Assembly (NCBI GenBank): GCA_002104905.1
Contig: MCFE01000131.1
Span: forward strand, 94,670 to 158,669
Source: Basidiobolus meristosporus CBS 931.73
Taxonomy: Eukaryota; Fungi; Basidiobolomycota
DNA length: 64,000 bases
Direction: 5' to 3'
Shown: piece by piece, positions 12,761 to 24,589 of the stretch
How the letters are laid out: each line of letters begins with the position of its first letter
Numbering within the stretch: position 1 is the stretch's first letter
Translations under genes and position numbers: made by a program
Notes under the pieces: model-generated
The model's input: the letters and a program-made list of their open reading frames with translations, nothing else
Database searches by the model: none
Told to the model about the DNA's origin: nothing

Positions 12761-13792
12761 GATGTCAAGCGTAATGTAATAGAGGTACCTGGAAAATAAA
12801 ATAGAGGAGTACTTTTCAAGACAAACTTGTGGCGAGAAAAAGTAATCTATCTGGGATTAGTGGACAAGCTATTGCTCCAACGCACAACAATCAATAGCTA
12901 GTAGCAGGTTCAGAAAAGAGCAAGGTAGGAACTTCAGCAGCGATGAATCACACTCTTATGAAAATAATTTGTACCATCGTGATGCCGCTAAACAATCGAA
13001 GTAAATATTTGGCCCACCAAAAACAGAACTTTTCATTGGCTACATGGACCATAACTGTTCATTCTATTGGAGGATCGCTCAGTGAGCTCATGGGACTGTT
13101 ATTTGCGAATTTCTTTCAGCACACCCATTTTTTTTCTCGATTGTTTTGCTTACTACAATGATTTTTTTCATTTGTGATCCGACATAAATCCCTCGATCCT
13201 AGTTTAAGTGGCATTTAACATATCACTTAAGTACTCGCCCAGCAGGTCCTGATTCCAGGCTGCGTTGACGAGAGCAGAAGACGGCTGCTGAGAGAATGGC
13301 CTCCAGTGGTTGCAAGCGAGGCGACTAAAGCTGCATGACGCCCCACTCGCCAACCATTTGTTTTGCTGTTAGCTGTAGCTGTCTGCAAACCGGTCTTCAC
13401 GCTTGACATCGCCATAAAAGTTGTGGATGTTGGGCTGGTTGTTCGTGATGCTCCTACATCTACTCTCCTCCCAATAAGTGAAAATTCATATTCGGCGAGG
13501 TCCAGTCGTACATTTGGAAGTTCTTTGGGGATGGCGTATTATATTCTAAGGATATATCGAGGGAGCTGAGCGTAACCTGTTAATTTAAACAGTTACTATG
13601 TGACGTAGAGCAGGATGTGTGCATTCCAGTTTAATCATGCAATAGACAAATCACGTGCTGGAAGGTGAATGCATATTCGGTCACATGGGAGTAGACTTGG
13701 TTTATTTTGATTAATTGAACCATTTCTTAGGAAATCATATTTGCCAGACCCAGGTTTGATGAATAGATCTCAGCCATGATATTCTATATCAA

Positions 13793-14130
13793 TGAGAGTG
13801 ACAAGCTGTCCGCTAACCCTTATATCCACACTGCCAGCGATATTATTGGCATTGCCGACTAAAATCAAAGTGGAAGGCTGATGGATAGCCAGCACGGCTC
13901 CACGAGGCGTGGCCTGAGCAGCCGTAGCCGCATCTGAGCTCCCCAACTCTGAGGGTAGAGTAGCTGGCGATGATCTTTTTGAGGAACGCGGTCAGGCTGG
14001 GGTCTACATTGTCGGTCACCACACCAATCACGCCACGCTTGTCATTGAACCCAGCCATGTCAGATTGCAGCATGCCAATCACCTTGGTTCCGGCTTTCTT
14101 GTACTGCTGGGCGATATCATCGGACTCAAG
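13793..14130 (-). pseudogene. Partial duplicate of the leucine aminopeptidase 3' coding region, with an internally flipped segment
   Basis: 13865-14130 is the reverse complement of 15902-16167 with few mismatches. 13793-13865 matches 16165-16236 in the same (+) orientation. No start codon; the SDHASW motif is changed to SGHASW. Confidence 0.9.
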
Positions 14131-15205
14131 GGATCGCTTCAGCCGTTATTCCGGTAGAGGCTCGTCGCCTTGGTACGAAAGTTTCATGCACAATGCTGTG
14201 GGCTGATTGTAGGATAATCGCCGTAGGGCTATTCCTCGGGTTTATATCTCCTGGAAGGTCACACTGCACATAGCCCTCTCTGACTCATGCAAGGTATTCT
14301 CATCACGCCTAAAGCGAATTAAGCGTTTCTGTTGATTACACAGATTCCCACCAGCATCAATATTTGGGTGATGATCTTCCGGTGAGCAAAAATGGAAGAA
14401 GCGAGTGATCTCTCTCCATGCATTACGTTTCCAGGAATTGTAGCGTTCCAATATCTCCCGCGAATATCAAATGTGCCCTTGCCCTAAGTTGACTCAATCA
14501 CATCATTATCATGGGAGATTCTCGTATCGACAGAGGAGGCCGTCGGTTGATGTCCTATCACAAGGGTGATCCAGGAAGCCAGCAAATCGAATGGAGCACC
14601 ACGCTCAAGGTAATGCAATTTGCTAAGAAACGCCGATGTTTACCTTGTGCCATACCTGTTAAAGGGAGTTTTCTGCTACTTCCAGTCATCTGAGGCCTGT
14701 GAACTTTGCATTTCCAGTAGGGCAGCAACGACCTATGGCTTTTCCTGGTATGCGAATATTTAAGGTTAATTACTGGAATGCCCACAGCCAGATTCGAGGA
14801 TTGATTCACTTATTGGCATGTGTCTCAAGGAGTCAGACTTGGGTTTACTTGCTTTATCAACTATCTGGACTCTTTATTGCACCATCTGTATGCTGGGAGC
14901 ATTACCTGTTTAGTACGCAAATTTGATTAGGTATTCTCACCATCGTGTAGTATCATCAGAAGAGGTCATAGCAGGTATACATTAGGCAGTCCGTATGGCG
15001 ATCGTCCGCCATAAATGGGCATCGAATTCGGGTACAAAACTTCAATGGGAATTCAGAGCAGGTATTGAATTCCCTAATAATAGCGTTAATCTGAATTGCA
15101 TTCCAATTGTTTGGATTCCTTAGCAAATCGCGGCAAGTCATGAAATATAAATTGGAAGAAGGTCATGTCCAAACCACATCAAGGCATTCACCCAACGGCT
15201 TCAAC

Positions 15206-16300
15206 ATGGTCAAATTCGGACTTCTTCTTTCTCTGCTCTCCCTTGGATTCAGCACCGAAGTGCTCTCCTTGCCAACCAAGGACCTTCGTCTTGTCAAATA
15301 CTCCAAGGAAGCCGAGGCCAAGTGGGTGTCTGAGACTGACATCGAACAGCTGATCGTCTCTGGAGCCCGTCATTTCATTGACATCACCAATACTCAGGGT
15401 TTGGAAAGCTTACCCAAGCAGGAGGCTATCCCCATCCCCACTCAGCTCTCCGCCGCTCAGGATGTCAAGAAGTTCATCGATTCCCTCACTACATCCAACA
15501 TGCAGACATGGCTGAGCAAATTTGTCACCTTCAACAATCGGTACTACAGATCTCAAACCGGCGCCGACTCTTCCAACTGGCTGTTCCAGCAGGTGCAGGC
15601 TATCGCTTCCTCAAACCCAGCTGTGAAAATCAGCGTTCGCCAGGTAAGCCATTCCTGGGTCCAGAAATCGGTAGTTGCCCGGATCGAAGGGGCTTCTGGA
15701 AACAACGAAACTGTCATCCTGGGAGCGCACCAGGATTCCATTAACCAGCAGAGCCCTAGTACTGGGAGAGCTCCAGGTGCTGATGATGACGGCAGCGGCA
15801 CAGTGACCATCCTAGAAGCATTCCGTAGCTTTGTTCAAGGGGGTCTCCAGCCAAAGCGCCCAATCGAGTTCCACTGGTACGCTGCCGAGGAAGGTGGCCT
15901 GCTTGGCTCGGGTGATATTGCCCAGCAGTACAAGAAAGCCGGAACCAAGGTGATTGGCATGCTGCAATCTGACATGACTGGGTTCAACGACAAGCGTGGC
16001 GTGATTGGTGTGGTGACCGACAATGTAGACCCCAGCCTGACCGCGTTCCTCAAAAAGATCATCGCCAGCTACTCTACCCTCAGAGTTGGGGAGCTCAGAT
16101 GCGGCTACGGCTGCTCAGACCACGCCTCGTGGAGCCGTGCTGGCTATCCATCAGCCTTCCACTTTGAGAGTGACAAGCTGTCCGCAAACCCTTATATCCA
16201 CACCGCCAGAGATACCATTGATACTGTTGACTACAACCATATGCTGCAATTCGCACGTGTTGTTGTTGGATTTGCCTATGAGCTTAGTGAGTCAGCTTAA
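15206..16300 (+). CDS. LAP1: Secreted M28 leucine aminopeptidase (LAP1/Vibrio aminopeptidase type), intronless, 364 aa
   Basis: Signal peptide MVKFGLLLSLLSLGFSTEVLS. Zinc-binding and catalytic motifs AHQDS, GADDDGSG, AAEEGGL, QSDM, CGYGCSDHASW, IHT. TATAAA at 15146-15151 supports the ATG at 15206 rather than the ORF-track start at 15107. Confidence 0.95.
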   Translation: MVKFGLLLSLLSLGFSTEVLSLPTKDLRLVKYSKEAEAKWVSETDIEQLIVSGARHFIDITNTQGLESLPKQEAIPIPTQLSAAQDVKKFIDSLTTSNMQTWLSKFVTFNNRYYRSQTGADSSNWLFQQVQAIASSNPAVKISVRQVSHSWVQKSVVARIEGASGNNETVILGAHQDSINQQSPSTGRAPGADDDGSGTVTILEAFRSFVQGGLQPKRPIEFHWYAAEEGGLLGSGDIAQQYKKAGTKVIGMLQSDMTGFNDKRGVIGVVTDNVDPSLTAFLKKIIASYSTLRVGELRCGYGCSDHASWSRAGYPSAFHFESDKLSANPYIHTARDTIDTVDYNHMLQFARVVVGFAYELSESA

Positions 16301-17697
16301 CCTGACGTCGCGTCCTTTGAGGACCAATCCCGAGGTTGTTTATTGCTTTATGCAAAGAGTTTGAAGTACAATAAATGTACACATTTATTTAAGTGAACTG
16401 GGTATTTTTATGGACACCTCACAGCAGGGGGTTCGATTGGTCATGGACAGTAGGCTGGCATTCGCAACGCGAACTCGATGCTCGAAACCAGAGGTCCACG
16501 GGGATTCAGGTGGCCAGGCGTAGCCAGCAAGGTTGCAGATAGAGCGAGTAATAAGCGATCTCGACCATTCTTGCTAATTGCCGGACAACACCTGTTTGTA
16601 GCTCAAAGATGGACAAGATGCGCTCGCCTGTCCGCGTTTCACAGGATAACATGGTAAGTTGGGATCACATTGGGAAAGGCCAAGTACCACCGCTTCTACC
16701 CAGGCGAAAATCAGAAGGATCTACTGTGGCCAAGCAATATGCCTAATTCGAGCGAAGATGCTCGGTTATATGAATACAAACACTGGTTTGGGATGGTGAT
16801 TTGCTTTTTAGAGAGTTATTTGATGATCAAGTAGTATACAAAGGTTAAACTCCAACATTCCCGAAAAGTCAATTCCATGGGTTCGACCTCAGCAGCAAAG
16901 CTATCGCGCGAATTATCGGAATCTCGATGATATATAGCGTAATAATGGCATAAACTCTATCCAGCATCCACTTGCTTCGGGTGACGGCATCGGTTTAGAC
17001 ACCGGGTTTAAGAGCCTCCGCGTCATCCGGTCATCTACCCCATGCCTAATGCCTAAACAACCATAACCCCAAAGGTGACCCTTGCAACGCCGCGACCAGC
17101 ATAGCGTTCAATCGTTCGCACGGTGTCCGCAAGTCCCAACGAGAGATCTTCTGCCAAGTCCGACGATATGCACACGTACCCCACTGCTGTTAGGTTAGTC
17201 CATCCACCACGATCGGCGTTTGGATCACCCGGCGAAGGCCATCATAGGTTTGCCCGCGATATTCCGTATTCTGGGAATCTCCTGATGGACATCTACCTTG
17301 TCATTTATTGAGGCTTTCTGCAATCTAACCCAATTAATACATCTTGTCATCTGGCGAGTTTTCCAACATTTGGGAACTGGGCAAAATGCAGCCCCGGCTC
17401 AGAATAGCAAATCAAGAAGTGTGTCATCCGTTCTTGGCACCCGGCAATTACATTCGCCGTGGTTACTACTTAACAAGCGTTAGCGAGCAGCATCAATCAG
17501 GAAGGCAAGGAAGATTGATCTTCGCCAGAGTTTATTGAGGGGTATTCTATTTTATATACAATGTTCTGGGGGCTGCGGAGGAGCGTAGAACGTCTATAGG
17601 CGTATGTTGGTCTGGATACAATAGTCAAGGAAATAAAACCTCGAGGACTTGCATACCGAAATATGCAGCCTTGCTTCGGGCTATTATGCCTGTCAGT

Positions 17698-18081
17698 TCA
17701 ATTCACGTTCTGGTAAACTGGCGGGGGTGGTTCGAGTGGGGTTTCCGCGATTGTTCTATAGGCAACTGGAGTGTAGTCAGAAGCGAATCCGTTTGGCAAA
17801 CTTCTCATGGAAGCGGGTGTAATGTTGGTTGGTTCGTTGAATCCAGGGTTGGGTGTGTATGGAGGAAGAGTTTCGGTTACTCCAGCAGGATCGTCCTCTG
17901 GGATCCTCACCACTCCACATTCTATTTGGTTCCGACGTAGATGCACTTCACTTGCTTGGTGTCTTCTTCGATGACGCCTCGAATAGGTGATTAATATTGT
18001 CACAAAGCAGATCAGCGACACACCAACTGCAATGACGAAACCGACAACGTATTGCGGCCTCAGGCCAATTCCAATATCCAT
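17698..18081 (-). CDS. Small single-pass membrane protein with PY motifs (127 aa)
   Basis: ATG start, N-terminal hydrophobic helix (VVGFVIAVGVSLICFVTILITY), basic stop-transfer RRHRRR, and a cytosolic tail carrying LPPY and PPPPVY. Confidence 0.75.
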   Translation of the reverse strand: MDIGIGLRPQYVVGFVIAVGVSLICFVTILITYSRRHRRRHQASEVHLRRNQIECGVVRIPEDDPAGVTETLPPYTPNPGFNEPTNITPASMRSLPNGFASDYTPVAYRTIAETPLEPPPPVYQNVN

Positions 18082-19905
18082 GCCGACTGTATTTGCTCAG
18101 GGTTTGGGTGTATGAGGGGAATAATATGACTGCAAAGCGGTACAAGCACAGCCAAGGGGTATAACAGAACAAGGCTTTAAACTTGGGGGAGAGACTTTCC
18201 TCAGGCTACTTATACGTGCGATAGCCAATTCTTAATCGGGAATGCCCAAGCGATAATTGCTTTTTTAACCTCGACTGGTTTTCTGGAGTTCAGTTTATTC
18301 TCTTGAGCCACGCCGGAAAAACGTTGATTAGTCTGGGTTCGTAATGGTCCCACTTTGAAAATACTGGCTAGCCATCTGCAGAAATCCCTCAAATGCCATT
18401 TTTAGTTCCCAGCGGGAGCACCGGAGCCAATCCCTCCGCCCCTCTCCGTCCGAAGTCCACCACACCCGAAGCGGTCATTCTATCGAACCCCTGAAAATTG
18501 GTTTGGGACTGGATTGGTGGGATGGGGAATAGGTAGTTCCGTGGTATCTGATAGATTGCGTGTTCCGGGGCGAATGGCGACTGGCTATATGGTGCTGATA
18601 TTGCCATTGGCTTCCAGATAGAAAGAGTTCTCTGGGATTTCAGATTGGAAACTATTGTGGGAACACCAATCACCGGGTTGCTTATTACTTGACCCACTGG
18701 TCGTTTTTGGTTAGCGCCTTTCCGTGTAGATCTCCACAGCATCCCCGAGGTAAACTGGTGGCCTTTAGCGAAGCAGTGCTGCGCCATGGTTGTCGGTGGA
18801 TTTGTGGCTACATTCCACCCAGGTTTTCTCCCAACCATACACATGCGCTTTGTCCGGCCAACAAATACACTGCTCACCCACAGCTCGAGGGTGACTATTG
18901 TTCGTTGAGTGGATCTCTATGGATTGCCACTTCTCATAGCGAGTACGCTCGAGTTCCTCGCAGCACCGGCTGAAGGTAGCTCAGTCAATACTACCAGTGG
19001 TGGGGAGAGTCGCATTCACGCGTTTCTCAAAGACCCTATTTAAAATGGTTTGATAGAGGTGACTGCTTCTGATCGCAAGGCGCTCGATTGCCTGGGTAAT
19101 TTTTAATTCTAACGCTGCGGGTGGCTCTGTTTGCTGTTACCGACTTTATATAGCATCCGTCAAATACCATTTAGGTGGAACTCTGGCCTAGAAACAGGAG
19201 GCTGATGCCGAGGCTCCATCCATTCCTGTCAAGATAGACAAGCGATGTATCGGGTGCTCGGCATTCCCGCCAAGCTGACGAGTTACAGCATAGTTTCATT
19301 GATCGGCAATGATGGCATCACTGCTTACACGCGTTATGCCGACCGCCGCGCCTATACTGACGGTAACTGCGACATGTGGTTCCAACGGTGGATCGTTTGG
19401 CGAGCCTGGAAAGCCTGTGGTAATCAACCAGGTCGAAGCGTATCCACCATCTCACCAGGAAGGCTCATCAAACACTCGCACACGATATGGGCGTGCAGTA
19501 CTATGCGGCGACAGGCTGCAGACAGTTTCAAGATGATATAAGAGACGGGCTCAGAACAACAGATGGGCTGGAATCATCAAGTGCCATGTTCAATACTCCA
19601 CCTGTAGACTGCTGCCTTCAGGCTGAGTCACAGATCTAATTTTAGCAATGGATAAGCCGAGCATCTTCATCCCAATGAGAATTACATGAGCAAAATCGGC
19701 TTAGCATCCAAATCGAGCAACGTGCTTCTAGGAGACCTTAAGAAAATGATTTAAAAGTTTACTAGTACCACGCTCCATTAAAACCCACCACTTGGACTTG
19801 GGAGCTAGACATCAATCTTCCATTGTCCAAACCTCATCGAGCCTTGACCACTGCCTTTACCCTTTCTGTTCACTCCTGATCTCACACTCCACAATTGACT
19901 AAGCA

Positions 19906-20976
19906 ATGTCTGCTCTAGATGTGGTCGAAGCAGTAGTACGATGGGCATCCTTTATGTCAGCTGCACTGGTCTTACTGATCATCTTTCTGCTCTCCCGATA
20001 CCGATCAAGTCTTGTTGATAGAGTTTCTGTTTACATCGTCGTAGCGTTTGCGATTCTGGACATGGTATCCATGATATTCGAAGAGGTATCAGACCATCAA
20101 ATGGCTACCCTGCTAGTTCCAGGCTGCTCGGTGATTAGAGGGATTGTGCAGGCTGCCAACCTACTGATTGCCACACTCACATTTTGCATGGCCCTAAACA
20201 TGTACGCAGTCATCGTCCGAGGGAAGCGGGGTTTTGGCCGAACAAAATGGTACTTCATCACCTCCATTTTCTTTAGCTTGTGCGTGGTTATTGTGCAAAC
20301 CATCTCAATAACCGCGAGTGGAAGCACCTGTGACGCACCAGTTCTACCTGAGAATCGAACCAGGTCGTTGATTCATCTCTATCTGGGAGAGTATGTTTGG
20401 ATTCTTCTGGCCATCGTCCTTTCGTCCCTGCTGATTAGCGTTGTCCGTATCCGCTTACCCAAAAAATCCGAAGAAGAACAACAACCATGGGCAATTGCAT
20501 CGAGCAGCATACGGCATAGAGCTCGCTCACCACCAATGGCTCAATCCAAGGTCGGCCAAACCTCTCCCCATTTCAACCGCAGCATTAGCGGCGGCAAATC
20601 TCCAAGACATACCGCTCGTTCTCCGTCCTTTATCATATCCACACAAGCAGCAATCAACGACGAGATCCGACGCACGGCACGTCGTGTTGTGGCCTATATA
20701 CTTGTGGTGGCAATCATTCAATTGCCCTCTATGATTGTTATCACATACCTTCTAACTGACCCAGCAGCGTCGATCACTCTGTTGGGTGTCGTGAAGGTAT
20801 TTAGCACCTTGGGCGGCATTCTTCATGGGTTGGTATTCTGCTTTGACCCGGCATTTGGGTTTATGCTGCCATTCCGTGATCGCCTATGCATGAGGGAGAC
20901 TGCTTGGCTCTACCTCGAAAATAGTGTTCGGTTTCAGGATGTAGACGAGCATGTCCATCAACTACAGATCATTTAG
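19906..20976 (+). CDS. 7-TM GPCR-like protein (cAMP-receptor-like/Git3-like), intronless, 356 aa
   Basis: Seven hydrophobic segments, Cys residues at the start of TM3 and in ECL2, a long Ser/basic third intracellular loop, RRVVAY at the start of TM6, and G.LHGLVFCFDP in TM7. Confidence 0.8.
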   Translation: MSALDVVEAVVRWASFMSAALVLLIIFLLSRYRSSLVDRVSVYIVVAFAILDMVSMIFEEVSDHQMATLLVPGCSVIRGIVQAANLLIATLTFCMALNMYAVIVRGKRGFGRTKWYFITSIFFSLCVVIVQTISITASGSTCDAPVLPENRTRSLIHLYLGEYVWILLAIVLSSLLISVVRIRLPKKSEEEQQPWAIASSSIRHRARSPPMAQSKVGQTSPHFNRSISGGKSPRHTARSPSFIISTQAAINDEIRRTARRVVAYILVVAIIQLPSMIVITYLLTDPAASITLLGVVKVFSTLGGILHGLVFCFDPAFGFMLPFRDRLCMRETAWLYLENSVRFQDVDEHVHQLQII

Positions 20977-21285
20977 ATCGATCCCACGCAAATATCGTCC
21001 AATCCTTAACCCTCCCCCTTCATCCCATATTCGATCATAACTCCTTACACTTCCCTTTCCTTTCGTCTACATGTATGTAAACCAACAATCGAACACCTGA
21101 GGGGCACCACCTATTTCACCCTTTTCCCACACATCAAGTATTCATTGAAATGCCCTGAATGCCAACTTTCAGGGGTCTTTTGTAAACCCAGCTTAATATA
21201 TACTGTAGGATTCGCATCCTCAGCACAACTTCTTGTTGCGTTGTCCAGAGAATTTATTCGGGAAAATGGCGAGTCTCCAAAATCG

Positions 21286-21906
21286 TTAAGAGAAGAGTAG
21301 GTGTATGGCGCTCGCGCTGATGAGCAGGCTGGCGGGGACCGTCCAACCCAAATACAGTCCCGATTGAGCTGAGTTTGGCTGGAGGGTTGCTGTGGGTATT
21401 CTCAGGGTTGACGAAGAGGCTGGGGATTTAGAGTTTGGCATGGTAGTGGAGGTTGCGTTAGCTGGTATTATTGGGCCGGGTGACGCCTGGGATGTCACAA
21501 CGGGGGAAAATGAACCAGTGACTGTTATTGGCCCATTTGGAGAGGCTACGGTACTTTGGGGGATTCCTGTCATGGTATTGAGGTTGCTGATGGCTGTCGA
21601 AGTTACCTGAGATTGATCACTTGTGTTAGGTGCATTAATAGAAGTAGTTGGAAGCACAGCTGGAGCAGAGGCAGAGTCTTGGTGCGTTTCATTAGTCTCG
21701 GCAACTTCTGTGTACCTGTATGTACTGGTGGGGTACTGGCCATCAGAGACCAACCCGGATGCTTTATATTTGCCGCTATTTCCTTGATTTATGTTGGTCA
21801 CTGTGGCGAATTTAGTAACTGTGACGGTTAGCACCTCGGTGTGGATCCGGTTAATGAGACATGCGGTTAGGAAAGTGCTGAAGGTTATGGCACTGGGTAA
21901 TTTCAT
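21286..21906 (-). CDS. Secreted Ser/Thr-rich, probably GPI-anchored surface protein A (206 aa)
   Basis: ATG at 21906 (MKLPSAITF...) with TATAAG about 58 bp upstream; signal peptide, S/T/P-rich body, NSA plus hydrophobic C-terminal tail. Confidence 0.8.
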   Translation of the reverse strand: MKLPSAITFSTFLTACLINRIHTEVLTVTVTKFATVTNINQGNSGKYKASGLVSDGQYPTSTYRYTEVAETNETHQDSASAPAVLPTTSINAPNTSDQSQVTSTAISNLNTMTGIPQSTVASPNGPITVTGSFSPVVTSQASPGPIIPANATSTTMPNSKSPASSSTLRIPTATLQPNSAQSGLYLGWTVPASLLISASAIHLLFS

Positions 21907-23174
21907 TATGGCTGAGTGATGGAGTAACCCGAAACGAGTATCATCCTTGCGCGGCAGGAATGGCTTATAAGGCCAAGTACTACGGGTGCGGTAAGATGAC
22001 AAATAGTGAATCTTGACTGATAGATTGTGTTGTATGGTACCAACAATCGGCCATCGGGTCAATGCCCTAAATCACCGGGAAATTCCCCCAGTGGCTCTCA
22101 GATGACAATACATGAGAATCATACATTACAGCTGGGATTATACAGCTGGTGCAGCATCCTCACTGATCTCATTCAGCTCAAAAAATCCACCTATTCCCAA
22201 GCCGATGATTATGGAATCGCCATATTTCCTACACCCTATTGACCGAGAGCACCCAGTGTCTGCCAAACGATTGGTGATCAATTGCCAAGGACTGGAGCAA
22301 GCGCATCACAATCCTCCACGCATGCATGATTTTCCATAATGCCCCATCAGTCTCGAACATTGGCCAGCATGTTGTTTCGTCTGATTCGCAGCCACGCTCA
22401 ACGGGCTATCGCTCGGGGCTAGGTATTGCATGGCTTGGCGGGTAGGGTCAGACCTGAGCGCAAGCGCTTCCCTCGGCGAGGTGATGTCATGCCCGCTCAG
22501 TGGTTGATCGCTGCATCTGAAGCCAATATGTAGAATTCCTCAGTTTTGCCGGTTTCTAACCCTGATGATCGTTCATTGTTTCCAATACTGGCCATCTACT
22601 TGCGACAGTCGGTGCTCGGCCATCTACGTCCTATCCACTAGAGCGTAGCATGGGAAAGCCACTGTAGGATGGTTTTCTGATGATGCTGAGGTTGGAGTTG
22701 AGCAGCGCTCATTACGAGCGTTCAAGATCGGTGTTGTCTTGGTATGAAGAGTTTCATGATGGCAAGACCAAGTGGTAACCGGGGTTGGAATGGTGGCTCT
22801 TTATGTAAGCATTTCGAAAGTACTAAATCATCCTAATGACCTAGCTGGATAAGGGATTGATTTCCCCGAAATGGAATCGTGGTTCAGCAAACGGGCCTGC
22901 ATATGGGATTGGAGCCCGGCCAACCATGGCCTGTTCAGATGGATAAGGCTGTCACGGAAGCATAATTCATAGGATTATCATGTCGCATCGTGCCAGCAGT
23001 TCATGGCACCAAAGCATGGATACGCATTTTTTATTCAAGATTGGGTTCAGAAACGGGGTCACTTTTCATTTACGTCAAAATCATAGGGTTGACTGGGTTA
23101 AGTAGAAGGTAAGGCAGGTTAGGTTACAATGGGCCAGTAAGGATTTGTTGGCTCTGGTTAGCCAATGGGTCCAT

Positions 23175-23561
23175 TTAGTAATTCACAGCAGCAAGAAGTC
23201 CGACCATGCCGACTTTCACAACATCGAGCGACTGAACTCTGGGCACTGCAGCATTGGGGGTTTTTGTTGGGTTGGTAACAGATGATAACGCAGAAGAAGC
23301 GCTGGAGGCGATGGAGGAAGATACCGAAGCTATATTGGAGCTGGCCTCGGATTTTGCCGAAGACATTGCGGATGAAACCTCAGAGGATATCGATTCCACA
23401 GCAGATGAAGTACTGGCGGTTGGAGAGGGGCTTTGTCTTTCAGTGGCTGAGGGATTTCCGGTGGGAGCGGCGGTGGATGGAACAGTGGTGGTGACGGTGA
23501 CAATCCGCTGGCCTGAAATGCAGGTGGCAAGAACAAGGAGAGCAACAATAGTATACTTCAT
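23175..23561 (-). CDS. Secreted Ser/Thr/Ala-rich GPI-like surface protein B (128 aa)
   Basis: ATG at 23561 (MKYTIVALLVLATCISG); TATATAA at 23644-23650; Thr-rich start, Ser-rich repeats, NAA plus hydrophobic tail. Confidence 0.82.
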   Translation of the reverse strand: MKYTIVALLVLATCISGQRIVTVTTTVPSTAAPTGNPSATERQSPSPTASTSSAVESISSEVSSAMSSAKSEASSNIASVSSSIASSASSALSSVTNPTKTPNAAVPRVQSLDVVKVGMVGLLAAVNY

Positions 23562-24589
23562 ATTAAAGCTGGTAACGAAGGGATGTGTTTGAGGAGGGCT
23601 GCTATCAAGGTAGGCTGAGGCTATGACATGGCCGGCCGAAGGCTTATATACCTTCGGGTGCACCTTCAACTGAAGGCACTTTCGAAGAATCTATCGAGGT
23701 CATCATGACATAAAACCACAGGCGTGGTAAGACCTAGTTGTAGCTGGAGGTTTGAGTTCGCTACAGTTCGCAGTTTACATGCTGACGACCGATAAATGAA
23801 AAACCTGCTTAATATTGTGGGTATTCGAGGTGTGTTGGTACCGATGTCATCAGAAATTCGGCTACATGCCAGCATGAAGCGTACGATGCAGAATGAATGA
23901 TGCTCTTTGATTCATGTTGTCATTGGTTTTTGCATCAAAAATTGGGAATAAGCTAAGACAATGTTCTTGAGTATTTATAGAAGGGAGTCTGGCAGCCGCC
24001 TGGTAAACACTTTTCTAAAACGGTTTTGCTGCGAGGTGTAGCGTGGTTTAAGCAAACCAACTCAATCCATATAAATTCTGGCTCCAGATCAGCTGACTCG
24101 GCCATCTTCAGGGCTGATAGCTGATTTGATAAAACCCGTATGGGAATGACCTGTTCCAAGGTAACAACGCGTGAGCATACATCAATTTCCCTCCAAACCG
24201 CTGTTGTATTGATGGAGTTTGTATTCGAAATGATCGATGATAAGCCCAGAGATTAGAGTGGTGCGTGGACTGTTTATCAACTATTTGATCTCGGCTCTCC
24301 ACCAACCCATAGGCCAGTCATGGAGCTTGTCCTCAGAAGGGCCCCTTCAAATCCTCCATTTGAGTCATCCAAGTGCGTACTGAGTCAGACCAATGCCCAG
24401 GGCCCTCCCGCCTGCCGAAGACATGGCCAAACCAATAGCAATGAACGCGGTTTGCGCGTCAGTCGTGGAAATTCATCCACAACTGATAGTGAAATTTATT
24501 GATTCGATCACTCAAAAATGGCTAAATCAAAATTGGAAACTGCTTAGGGGATGTAACTATCCAGCGAGGTAGAAAGCGACATGTTCGCT

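Noticed and set aside
10364-12799. Many plus-strand ORFs of 60-200 aa over the RRM gene (likewise over LAP, RAD16, MATE and the S/T-rich genes)
   Set aside because: Antisense or off-frame shadows of real GC-balanced coding sequence.
12761-12819. ORF-track N-terminal extensions (also 15107, 22062, 23669, 53649)
   Set aside because: They use non-ATG or upstream starts. TATA position, signal peptides or splice signals favour the downstream ATGs reported.
13227-13540. Coding-like minus-strand stretch (YDWTSPNMNF..YWEESRCRS..NIHNFYGDVKREDRFADSYS)
   Set aside because: Needs a frameshift and contains a stop, and I cannot assign a family. Possibly a pseudogene fragment; a TBLASTN/BLASTX search would decide.
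13793-14130. LINE twin-priming origin for the LAP duplicate
   Set aside because: Twin priming joins the 5' ends of the two segments and leaves a poly(A) tail and TSD. Here the 3' ends are joined, and no tail or TSD is visible.
18389-19541. ORFs 18389-18877 (-) and 19245-19541 (+)
   Set aside because: Non-ATG starts, no recognisable motifs and no convincing splice path.
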